IMG/VR virus record: IMGVR_UViG_3300036851_000218
Span: 1 to 64,000 of that record
Direction: 5' to 3' (one strand)
Origin: a virus
Length of the DNA: 64,000 nt
The position numbers and the translations under genes were made by a program. Positions within the stretch are counted from its first letter, which is position 1. The number at the start of each line of letters is the position of its first letter. Under the pieces are notes generated by a model. The model saw nothing but the letters and a program-made list of their open reading frames with translations. It made no database searches and was not told the DNA's origin. Shown piece after piece: positions 55,865-64,000 of this stretch.

Positions 55865-56497
55865 TTATGGCAATTTATACGGATATGCGCTACTAAATAA
55901 GTTGCGCCGTACCGCACTGTCATTCAAATCTTCTGGTTGCAAGGCCCCCGCCTTCCAGAATGACCGCAGTGCGTTTTGTCGAACAGTCTCGATGTCTGGA
56001 TACAGAAATTCCAACTCCTTCGACCAATCGTAAACAGAACACGCCTTTTCTAACTCTACCAATTGTTCAGCCCTAGTATTCTCAACCTTAGATGTCTCAA
56101 CCAGATAGGCACTAACCGGAGCATCAAGTGTTACCACAAGATAGGCTTCCTTCCCGTCGCATTGATAAACTACGGGGCTTACTAATTTAACGGGGGTCTT
56201 TGGACCGCCGATGGTTGACGATTTATCTTCCTGAGCAATTTGATCTTTAGAGCGTGGATCAGGAAGTCCCTGCTGCGACTTATTGAGAGCCGCTACCTCT
56301 TCATTCAAATAAAACTTCTCTTCTGACTGAGTTTCAGCCATGCTGCCTTCAAAGTTTGAAGCGCCGTCAGTGGCATTGAATGCTTTTTCAGTTGCCTCTC
56401 CAAATTCGTTTGTCGCTTTGTCAGCAGCTTTATCTACATCCGAGTTTGAATTCGAACGTCCAAAAAAACCACTATTGCTACTTTCTTTCTTTGACAT
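55865..56497 (-). CDS. hypothetical protein (tail region)
   Basis: AGGAG RBS. Confidence 0.65.
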   Translation of the reverse strand: MSKKESSNSGFFGRSNSNSDVDKAADKATNEFGEATEKAFNATDGASNFEGSMAETQSEEKFYLNEEVAALNKSQQGLPDPRSKDQIAQEDKSSTIGGPKTPVKLVSPVVYQCDGKEAYLVVTLDAPVSAYLVETSKVENTRAEQLVELEKACSVYDWSKELEFLYPDIETVRQNALRSFWKAGALQPEDLNDSAVRRNLFSSAYPYKLP

Positions 56498-56507
56498 TTT
56501 TATTCTC

Positions 56508-56663
56508 CTATTCCAATCGCAGATCGAACAATAACGCGATACCAGCTACGAAAGCCAGAAATGCTGTGACTGCCGGAGGAATTACAATTCCAGCTAATCC
56601 AGCAGAAGCGATAGCGAATACTATCAAAAACAAGGCCAGGAGTATCTTTGCAAGTTTAGTCAT
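56508..56663 (-). CDS. small 2-TM protein (51 aa), not in ORF track
   Basis: AGGAG RBS; MTKLAKILLALFLIVFAIASAGLAGIVIPPAVTAFLAFVAGIALLFDLRLE. Confidence 0.65.
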   Translation of the reverse strand: MTKLAKILLALFLIVFAIASAGLAGIVIPPAVTAFLAFVAGIALLFDLRLE

Positions 56664-56672
56664 CTTCATCTC

Positions 56673-58079
56673 CTATACTAATGCGAACTTATGTTTCGGA
56701 ACTTTCGAGATAATGTCTGCGTAGGCTTGTTGACCACGCAAATCACCATATCTAAATTGATTGGTTACTGTACCTGTGAGTTGGTTGATGCTGGTTCTAC
56801 CATACATTTCCTGCTGGTAATAAATGAACCCGCGTTTTTCTTTACCGTCGTCCAAGAAACAACCACAATCAATAACGGGCAAATCCGCCGCAGTGCGAAA
56901 CACAATGGCTCGGATAACCTGACTGACAGCTTTTTGTAGTCTCTCAGATAAATAATTAGGGTTGGTTTTATATTTGAAAGTTAGTTTAAAATCGTGGCAA
57001 TTATCGGGAGACAGGCAGCTACATTCACTTGGAACGAGTACCCCTTCATCGTCAAACTTGCCATCGATGCAAAAGCTGACTACGCCATTGGCGGCATCGA
57101 CAATCTTGGTTGTCACCTGATATGTGCCGCTGTCGCAGCAGCAATCAGAGCAATCTTCACAGACGCATGACTTGGTTAACAAACCTTTGGATTCTACTTC
57201 GGTCAAACAGCGAAATTCTATCGTCTCTAGTAACTTATAAAATTCTCCATTAACCAAATTAGTAGTGTTGTTGTAAAATGCAGGATTGACAAGGCTATAG
57301 CTGTAAAGCCAATAGCGGCGAAATCCGCTACCAAGTACCTCATACGGTTTGGCCTGTGGAATAATCTGGTTTGTGCCTGGGTAGACTGGGTATAATTCTC
57401 CATCGTCACATTCATCCGTTTCTGGATCAATGTCCACGAACACATATTTTACATGCTGTACATTTACTTGATCGGCAATGTTGTAAGCAATGGTATCGTT
57501 ATCTAAGGTCACAATCCAATCAGAACCCGATTTGCGGGGTTTTACGGTGTCATCGATGGAGTATGTACCATTATCGCTATTACGTCGCAAAATGATATTG
57601 AGAGGATTGTCTACGAGGCTGTCTGGAATTGTTACTTCGGGTTTTCCAAGAACAATATTGACCGTTGCGTTTAAAAGGACGAATGGACTAATCGCCACTG
57701 CATTTAAACCTGTCACCGTATTCCATTGCGGTTCGACATCCACCGCTTCTATCCCAGGCCATGTGCGCCGACGGGCATCAAAAGGGAAATCCATTTCACG
57801 GGTGTGGTAACGAGTCGATACGTTGTAGCCAAGAAAGTTCTCAGCTTCGTCGGTAACACTTCGTAACGTTGTCCAGAGAGCGTCACGAAGGCAGTGATTA
57901 ATTGTAAAGTCTGACCAGTCTTGTTCATTCGCTTCGCCCGTTAAGACCCCATACAGGCGACCAAAATAATTCGTGTTCGAAGAGAACCGACCATAGGTAA
58001 CGGGTAGCATATTTATAAGATTGTAAACTTCATCGTCTGTCATGTTGGGGTCAAAAACAGCGGGGTTTACGATACTCAT
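56673..58079 (-). CDS. putative head-tail adaptor
   Basis: Position; AENFLGY pattern; GAGG RBS at TAATG overlap. Confidence 0.55.
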   Translation of the reverse strand: MSIVNPAVFDPNMTDDEVYNLINMLPVTYGRFSSNTNYFGRLYGVLTGEANEQDWSDFTINHCLRDALWTTLRSVTDEAENFLGYNVSTRYHTREMDFPFDARRRTWPGIEAVDVEPQWNTVTGLNAVAISPFVLLNATVNIVLGKPEVTIPDSLVDNPLNIILRRNSDNGTYSIDDTVKPRKSGSDWIVTLDNDTIAYNIADQVNVQHVKYVFVDIDPETDECDDGELYPVYPGTNQIIPQAKPYEVLGSGFRRYWLYSYSLVNPAFYNNTTNLVNGEFYKLLETIEFRCLTEVESKGLLTKSCVCEDCSDCCCDSGTYQVTTKIVDAANGVVSFCIDGKFDDEGVLVPSECSCLSPDNCHDFKLTFKYKTNPNYLSERLQKAVSQVIRAIVFRTAADLPVIDCGCFLDDGKEKRGFIYYQQEMYGRTSINQLTGTVTNQFRYGDLRGQQAYADIISKVPKHKFALV

Positions 58080-58315
58080 TAACTGGCCTCTTTTACTGCC
58101 GTGACCGACGGTGACTTTTCTCCGAGAGGGGTAACAGTGACACCTTGCGAACGCCAATAATTAATATTTTCTACGGAGGCTAGAACAGGAACAATATGGG
58201 CGGGGTACGCTTTATTGTCCAGACCAAGTAAAGACTCGGAGCAATCAGAGCATGTCACCAGGATATGACTCAATGTTCCCGTAGTTCTCTTTTTCTTCTG
58301 ACCGCACTTGCACAT
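58079..58315 (-). CDS. small Cys-rich protein
   Basis: MCKCG start. Confidence 0.55.
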   Translation of the reverse strand: MCKCGQKKKRTTGTLSHILVTCSDCSESLLGLDNKAYPAHIVPVLASVENINYWRSQGVTVTPLGEKSPSVTAVKEAS

Positions 58316-58697
58316 AGTCCACCACGATATTTAAAATAGCACTCACAGCAGTGATAGCGAAGTGAGTAACGAACAGATTGAAAAGTCCTTTAGTTTTACC
58401 TGTAACCAGCATATACGCTGTGAACGGTAAGGTTATCCAGAAAGATAAACAAGTCGGGCAAGACCACCGTTCCATTTTCCGTTCGTCAATGATCCACGTA
58501 TCATCGTGTATCGAGTAAGGGTTTAATGTAAATCTGCGTACCCAATCAAATAAGGTGACAGGTTGTACATGGCCTGTAGCTTCTCGGTAGGTTGATTTTT
58601 CAGTAGATGGGAACGGACCGTAATGGGACTCTTTTTCTTGATACAGGAGAATTTTCGTCAGATAAAATACAGCCAAGCAAACTTTTATAAGTAACAT
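58245..58697 (-). CDS. membrane protein with CPxCxSxW motif (DUF1360-like)
   Basis: GPF...FDWVR...SCPTCLSFW plus TM segments. Confidence 0.6.
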   Translation of the reverse strand: MLLIKVCLAVFYLTKILLYQEKESHYGPFPSTEKSTYREATGHVQPVTLFDWVRRFTLNPYSIHDDTWIIDERKMERWSCPTCLSFWITLPFTAYMLVTGKTKGLFNLFVTHFAITAVSAILNIVVDYVQVRSEEKENYGNIESYPGDML

Positions 58698-58704
58698 GAT
58701 TGAA

Positions 58705-58726
58705 GGGGCAAGATTGCTCCCGCCCC
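58705..58726 (-). terminator. GC hairpin/terminator
   Basis: GGGGCGGGA-GCAA-TCTTGCCCC, weak U-tract. Confidence 0.55.
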
Positions 58727-58736
58727 AACCTTTCTA

Positions 58737-59390
58737 TTACGCACCTGCAACCAGGGCAGTTTGGGTGTAGAAACGAACACCAGCGCGACCTACGATAATT
58801 TGAGTAATCGTGAAAGTAGCATTGGTATCATAGACATGAGCGCCTGGGACTTCTCCCACGCTGTACTCACCGTCACCCCAATCCCAAACCCAAGCCAGGA
58901 TGTCGCCAGTCGATGTATCCGTCACAACGATAGACGGGTCGCCAGCGATATTGACCGTGAAGCCACCTACCAGATCAATCGCGGCGGCGGGATCGTCGTC
59001 GTAATTAGTCTGTTGAGCGACAATGGGACGGATAACGCGCAGCAGATCGATGATAAACTGCCATTCGGTATCGGCGTAGGGCGGTCCTGCGTATGACTTA
59101 GCATACATAGCCGCAGCCAAAACCGCACCATACACGGGACGCATCTGAGCGTTCACACCGCGAACTGCGTGTTGCGATTCCAGGATTTTGGTAACAAGCT
59201 GAGTGTCAACCAGTTCATCGTAAGTCAGATAAACGGTTTCACTGAGCGCCGACGTAAACTCAATTTTGATATTGCTGTTGGGCGTAGGAAATGTTTCCAC
59301 GTCCGAAACGCGGGTAAGCGGGCCGTAAGGCGCAACGACTGCTGCGGCTGCGGCATCCACTTGGGCGTTTGTTTTTGTTGCTAAGGCCAT
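58737..59390 (-). CDS. PKD-domain virion (head decoration-like) protein
   Basis: TDTSTGDILAWVWDWGDG...HVY. Confidence 0.75.
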   Translation of the reverse strand: MALATKTNAQVDAAAAAVVAPYGPLTRVSDVETFPTPNSNIKIEFTSALSETVYLTYDELVDTQLVTKILESQHAVRGVNAQMRPVYGAVLAAAMYAKSYAGPPYADTEWQFIIDLLRVIRPIVAQQTNYDDDPAAAIDLVGGFTVNIAGDPSIVVTDTSTGDILAWVWDWGDGEYSVGEVPGAHVYDTNATFTITQIIVGRAGVRFYTQTALVAGA

Positions 59391-59402
59391 TTATGTCTCT
59401 CC

Positions 59403-60020
59403 TTATTTTCCTTTAGGGGCGATAATTTCATCTACGAGTTCTTTATCGCGTGGGGGTCGTCCAGGCTTATTTTTGGGCGACTCCGTCTCTTTCTCTACTG
59501 GCTTATCAGAGTTGTCTTCGGCTGGCTCAGCTACAAGTTGTGGTTTAGATTTAGCGTCAGCTACATCTGCATCCGAAACCGGAATGTAAGACACCGCAAG
59601 ATCGGCGGAAGCGCGTTTAGCTTCTAAAGCAGCTTCCAACTCAGAGATCGACATTTCAGCCACAACTGCTTCTTTGCTTGGCTGTCCTGCCAATGCTAGG
59701 GCTTGTTCTAAGGTCATCCGTGCGGACACAGATTTAGCCCGTCCTTGTTCTGCCAACTTGCGTACCTGAGCGCCAATCTGAGCGTCCAGAGTGAATGTCT
59801 CAAAGAAACCTTCATTCCGGCGGTACACACGGGACTTGTCGATGATAGCTTTAGCGTCGTGTTCATTGACCATCATAACGCCACCGATTTTCAAGTGACC
59901 TTTTTCATCACGCTCCGGCTGATAAATCCGGCTTTTGACATTGAAAGTCAATGATTTTGTTGGGTGATAATGGATACCAATAAAGTACAACGGTATCATC
60001 CGTTCTGTTTTTTCTGCCAT
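59403..60020 (-). CDS. hypothetical head-region protein
   Basis: AAGGAG RBS; KPGRPP near the C-terminus. Confidence 0.65.
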   Translation of the reverse strand: MAEKTERMIPLYFIGIHYHPTKSLTFNVKSRIYQPERDEKGHLKIGGVMMVNEHDAKAIIDKSRVYRRNEGFFETFTLDAQIGAQVRKLAEQGRAKSVSARMTLEQALALAGQPSKEAVVAEMSISELEAALEAKRASADLAVSYIPVSDADVADAKSKPQLVAEPAEDNSDKPVEKETESPKNKPGRPPRDKELVDEIIAPKGK

Positions 60021-60079
60021 TGAATAACTTACTCCTTTAAGTATATGTTATGCCAGATTTCATATGTCTAGCATAACAT

Positions 60080-60108
60080 ATTATACACTATATTCTATCT
60101 TTTGTAAA
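60080..60108 (-). promoter_or_regulatory. sigma70-type promoter
   Basis: TTTACA-17 nt-TATAAT, followed by the inverted repeat 60043-60081. Confidence 0.65.
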
Positions 60109-60117
60109 TAGCGAGTA

Positions 60118-61542
60118 TTACAGCGGCGTTAGCAGCGGTGTACCGCTACCACCCTGAATACCGTCATAAGCGTAGAAATCTGGCGACCAGAAGTTCGCGC
60201 CTTCATTTTCCGCCGACAGCAGGGTAGCTACTGCAACGTTGTTGATACGAGCCTGGAACGGCTGTGCGTAGGAGGCCAAGCGACCACGCGCCTCAGCATA
60301 GTATTGGAAGCACTTGTTGTTTTCCATCAGCCAGCCAGCACGGACGAGGCCACCATTGACGGTGAACACATCTTCTGTACCGTTGGTTGGGTAATCCAGA
60401 GCGCCCCAATTGACGTACTGTTGTTCCAGCAGGGTGATGCCATTAGCACGGCGGGTCAGGATAAAGATGTCACCGGCTACGCCGCCAGCTTCTTCGTCCG
60501 TACCTGGGTTGATGGTGGCATTGTTGCCCATATTTTCGTCAGGGACAACCGCAATCGGCGTACCGTCAACGTCAATGAAGCCGTATCCGATTCCACCTTG
60601 CATAATCCGGCTGCGTTCCGCCAAGAAATCACGGTAGGTCATCTGACCAGCGAAGTTGTTGGTCACAAAGCCGACGTTCCCGCCCGAAGCGTGAGCATCA
60701 GCAATGTAGCTCCACATACCCGCAGGCATAACCACAACCATGTCGTTCTGAGCAACGCCCCAACGACGAGCCTGCAAACGAGCGCGCAGTTTACGAACCA
60801 CTGCACGGATCAATGTCAGGATAGCCACCGGATCAGTAACACCAGCACCATTCACAACCAGCGGGTTAGCCCAATGTGGAACGCCAGGACCGACCAAGTG
60901 AGACTGAACATATCCTGGGGCAATAACGGTATCCAGACCGTCGTACTCCATAACAGAGTTTGAACGATCACCGTTAACAATCAGGTAGTTCATGTGCTGC
61001 TGCATAACCATCAACGCACGGGCAACAGCCCAATCTGCGTCATTGTCGAGAACTGCGCCCAAGCTGTTACCGCGAACGGTGTAGATGGGTGAATTCTCAT
61101 AGTCGCGCATTCCGAAGTCATCAACATGGAGTTTCGGGCTGGTAAAGCTCCACTGGCCTTCCTCGGTCTGGTATTCGAAACCTGACCAAACAGCCGAAGG
61201 ACCGTAACCGCATTCCGAAATGTCGATGGTGCGCAGGTATTCCGCATAGGTGTCTGAACCGTCAAACCCTTCGGGAGCAACCCATTCCAGGTGGGCTACC
61301 GTCGGGAAACGGAAATCAACAGCACGGGTGGGAATCCACTGCAACAGGGGTGAGCCTGTATCGACTGCCATGCTGATAATATCATCAGCGATAAGCGAAA
61401 ACGGGCCGTTCTGATACAGAAGGCCGGATGTTGGGTGATCTCCTTGCAGGGTATCTTTAGCGTGAAATGCAAGTTTAGCCTTGATTTCGTCTACCGACAC
61501 ACCAGCTTTATCAGCCAACATTTTTAAATACTGTTCATTCAT
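60118..61542 (-). CDS. major capsid protein
   Basis: Follows prohead protease, 474 aa; IVNGD...EYDGL pattern. Confidence 0.75.
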   Translation of the reverse strand: MNEQYLKMLADKAGVSVDEIKAKLAFHAKDTLQGDHPTSGLLYQNGPFSLIADDIISMAVDTGSPLLQWIPTRAVDFRFPTVAHLEWVAPEGFDGSDTYAEYLRTIDISECGYGPSAVWSGFEYQTEEGQWSFTSPKLHVDDFGMRDYENSPIYTVRGNSLGAVLDNDADWAVARALMVMQQHMNYLIVNGDRSNSVMEYDGLDTVIAPGYVQSHLVGPGVPHWANPLVVNGAGVTDPVAILTLIRAVVRKLRARLQARRWGVAQNDMVVVMPAGMWSYIADAHASGGNVGFVTNNFAGQMTYRDFLAERSRIMQGGIGYGFIDVDGTPIAVVPDENMGNNATINPGTDEEAGGVAGDIFILTRRANGITLLEQQYVNWGALDYPTNGTEDVFTVNGGLVRAGWLMENNKCFQYYAEARGRLASYAQPFQARINNVAVATLLSAENEGANFWSPDFYAYDGIQGGSGTPLLTPL

Positions 61543-61548
61543 TTTTAA

Positions 61549-62532
61549 TTAGCTCCTTTTCCCTGGTGCATGTGCAGGGACACCACTTTTAGTTCTGCGG
61601 ATATTCCGTGCATCTTCTTCCGCGTCACGCTCTTCCTCAGTCTGACGGGCAAGGTCGTCGGCAATAACTTGGGCTTCGATTTTCAGCTTAGCCGCTACGT
61701 GGGTTGAAAATGATTTCAAACCGTTATTGACATTGGCAATACCAGTAGCCAATACACGATGTTCCTCCACCGATTTAGCCTGATTGTCTGTAACCAGCGC
61801 AGTCAGGGTAGCAACTTCGGCTTTCAAGGCTTTCACCAAGTCCAAAACTGCTTTGATTTCACCGGACAGACCTTCGCTAACCAACTCTTCCTGGTCAGCT
61901 TCACCTTCATTGAACAGTTCATCGATGTCACCTGAATTGTCAGCACCGATCAGTTCTTCCAGTGACGGAAGTTCTTCTTCGGTGTTTTCCTGATTTTCAC
62001 CCAGGTCTTCATCTTCGAGTTTAAAGTTCTTCATAACTTCTGCTACCGCCTTTGGGTTAGCGGGAGTAGTCGTCAACGAGATTTCCGCTGGCATCCATTG
62101 TTTAATGAGGCCAGTTGCTCCGTCGATTTCTACTGCCGTTTGAACAGGTTGCGAACTTGCACCTAGCAGATTTTTCTCTGCCAACGCTGCCAACATATCG
62201 TGGTAGCGATAGGCGCGGCGCACTTCAATATCCCACAACTGACCATCATCCGTATCCTGGTAGAATTTAGCATAGCCTAACAGTTTCTTTCCTACCCGAT
62301 CATTCAGAGCATGGTCGTAGAAAGCGTAAATTGTGTCAACCACAACTTCACCGTTTTCATTCTTACCATAGTCAGTCGCAGACTTATCAAAGCGTTCACC
62401 TTGCAAGTCCACACCCCCTAAGTAATCCGGCCCACCATAAGGAATGCCTACGACACGAAACGTTGTAGCGTCATCGGTCTGTTTGACAATCTTGGCATTG
62501 GGCGTAAAGATTCTAGGAAGTGTTTCTTTCAT
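61549..62532 (-). CDS. HK97-type prohead protease with scaffold-like coiled coil
   Basis: DLQGERF, FYDH, GASS, EISLTTTPANPKA. Confidence 0.85.
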   Translation of the reverse strand: MKETLPRIFTPNAKIVKQTDDATTFRVVGIPYGGPDYLGGVDLQGERFDKSATDYGKNENGEVVVDTIYAFYDHALNDRVGKKLLGYAKFYQDTDDGQLWDIEVRRAYRYHDMLAALAEKNLLGASSQPVQTAVEIDGATGLIKQWMPAEISLTTTPANPKAVAEVMKNFKLEDEDLGENQENTEEELPSLEELIGADNSGDIDELFNEGEADQEELVSEGLSGEIKAVLDLVKALKAEVATLTALVTDNQAKSVEEHRVLATGIANVNNGLKSFSTHVAAKLKIEAQVIADDLARQTEEERDAEEDARNIRRTKSGVPAHAPGKRS

Positions 62533-62579
62533 TTACCGATCCTTTCTTAATTTGAACTATTAACAAGCCCCGTAGCTTG

Positions 62580-63998
62580 TTACACAGGAGTGAGTTTATC
62601 TGCCATGAAATCGCAAATTGTCTGCTCGTCAAGGGTTAGCGGCTGATCGGATACGACCTTATTTAGTGCCGTTTCTATTTGGTCAGGGGTATACAACGGC
62701 ATTTCCCCACTGTATTGTGCGATCAGTTCTCTTTTGAAACCAAAAAAGTTTTTTAGGGTATTACGATTATTCAGTTGTACTTGAGCATTTGCGGCTTCGT
62801 AGGCATCTTCATCACTGACTTGGGGTTCATCTTCGACCTCCATCTTAGATAATTTTTCATTTAGAATAGCTTTATAGGTGGTAAAGACTTTAAATCGGCG
62901 TTCCCGTATGTTTCCATGACTATCGACTGATACTTCATCGTAATCTGGTACGGGTTCGGAATATGCGGATTTCGATGGCGATTCTTGCGGGGGCTGAGAA
63001 CCGTTCTCTATTTCCTCACCTTCCTTGGGGACAGGGAATACAGCTAGGCTTTCTGCACTAGCCATATCCGAAGTGCCTGTACCTGTGGCAATCAATTCCA
63101 GGTCATTTGGTAGCACATGGATCGACTGCATCCAGGACAGGAGGGCTTCTAAACTCAATCCGGCTTGAAATACGGTGGCGACTTTTTCGAGCGCCTCGGT
63201 TGTCAACTTGAGGACTTGGGCGTTGGCAACCATACTGCTGGTATCGACTTCTTCAATAAAATTGAATTGAAGTCGGCTGCGTCCACTGGAAAACGGTTTG
63301 AGGATGCCGGATTGGTTAATTTGCCGTTCTTCACTGCGGACGTATGAGGATGGCCCTTTTTGCAACTGTCGCTGTTCCTGAATTTCTTCAAGGGCGCGGT
63401 TCGTTGTTCTTTCGGAGTTCCAGAAATGCCGGAGAGATAACCCCAACGCGGCTGAAATCTGGTTCACATAATCGAACACAAATTCTTCGCGTTCAAAGCC
63501 TTCCGGTATTTTAGAAAGTCCGAGCGTTGTGATTTGATCTTCAACGCTAGTGCCAGTCAGGTTGTTCATTTCTACAATCGGGATACCGACTTTTGAGGGG
63601 TCTTCTCCTGAGTGGAGAGCAATTTGGGTCAGCACAGCCTCTTCAATCGAGGCGGCTAAGTCGGAACTTCCAACGATGATAATATCGCGGATACGTCTGC
63701 CATCAGTAGATGCCATATCGTGTTCGCGGATTAACCAAGCAAGGTTGGCGGTTGGCATAACGTAGGCTATCGGGGAAATAAATAAGCCTGAACCACCGAG
63801 GGGCAGAGTGTGGTTTAAATACACATCTCCCGCCCTGAACTTACGCATGTCACCCGTATACGTCCAAACCTTATCCGTCGGACGAACTTCACCATTACGC
63901 TCTGGACGGGTGAATTGCAACATAGTGGGGTCAAGATATTCCAGGAAACCATTCGGTTCAGCCTTGGTTTTACCCGTTACTGTGAATGATGTTCTACC
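62580..63998 (-). CDS. portal protein, 5'-partial
   Basis: Frame is open to the window edge; position upstream of protease; YLDP motif. Confidence 0.65.
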   Translation of the reverse strand, partial: GRTSFTVTGKTKAEPNGFLEYLDPTMLQFTRPERNGEVRPTDKVWTYTGDMRKFRAGDVYLNHTLPLGGSGLFISPIAYVMPTANLAWLIREHDMASTDGRRIRDIIIVGSSDLAASIEEAVLTQIALHSGEDPSKVGIPIVEMNNLTGTSVEDQITTLGLSKIPEGFEREEFVFDYVNQISAALGLSLRHFWNSERTTNRALEEIQEQRQLQKGPSSYVRSEERQINQSGILKPFSSGRSRLQFNFIEEVDTSSMVANAQVLKLTTEALEKVATVFQAGLSLEALLSWMQSIHVLPNDLELIATGTGTSDMASAESLAVFPVPKEGEEIENGSQPPQESPSKSAYSEPVPDYDEVSVDSHGNIRERRFKVFTTYKAILNEKLSKMEVEDEPQVSDEDAYEAANAQVQLNNRNTLKNFFGFKRELIAQYSGEMPLYTPDQIETALNKVVSDQPLTLDEQTICDFMADKLTPV

Positions 63999-64000
63999 CA

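Noticed and set aside
1-64000. Stop-codon reassignment or prophage boundary
   Set aside because: Genes are intact and densely packed under code 11 with all three stops used; no integrase, att site or host housekeeping block recognised.

Overview
A 64-kb segment of a large tailed (siphovirus-like) dsDNA bacteriophage genome with two converging arms that meet at a bidirectional terminator near 36.8 kb. The + strand (1-36.8 kb) starts with an RNA-gene island at 0.3-1.9 kb. It holds three tRNA-Glu(CTC) genes (two with an identical 23-nt hairpin inserted in the T-stem), a tRNA-Trp, two tRNA-like elements with broken anticodon loops, several tRNA-sized closed-stem hairpins and an HNH endonuclease. 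Next come early genes driven by near-consensus sigma70 promoters, including a 5-6 member paralog family and a Zn-finger protein/M28-like peptidase pair. A replication and modification module follows: SSB-like protein, two adenine methyltransferases, primase-helicase, ClpP, SF2 helicase, PolA, ParB-like, RusA-like, Mom-like and a metallophosphoesterase. The - strand (36.8-64 kb) carries a partial portal, HK97-type prohead protease, major capsid, head/neck genes, a tail tube with a beta-propeller, a chaperone pair with a candidate +1 frameshift, a 2645-aa tape measure, Dit/Tal-like genes and five paralogous tail-tip proteins sharing one anchor module. I recognised no integrase, terminase, endolysin, CRISPR array or reverse transcriptase in the window. 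All calls come from motif reading by eye and no searches were run. The most unusual signal is the T-stem-insertion tRNA-Glu/ncRNA island.
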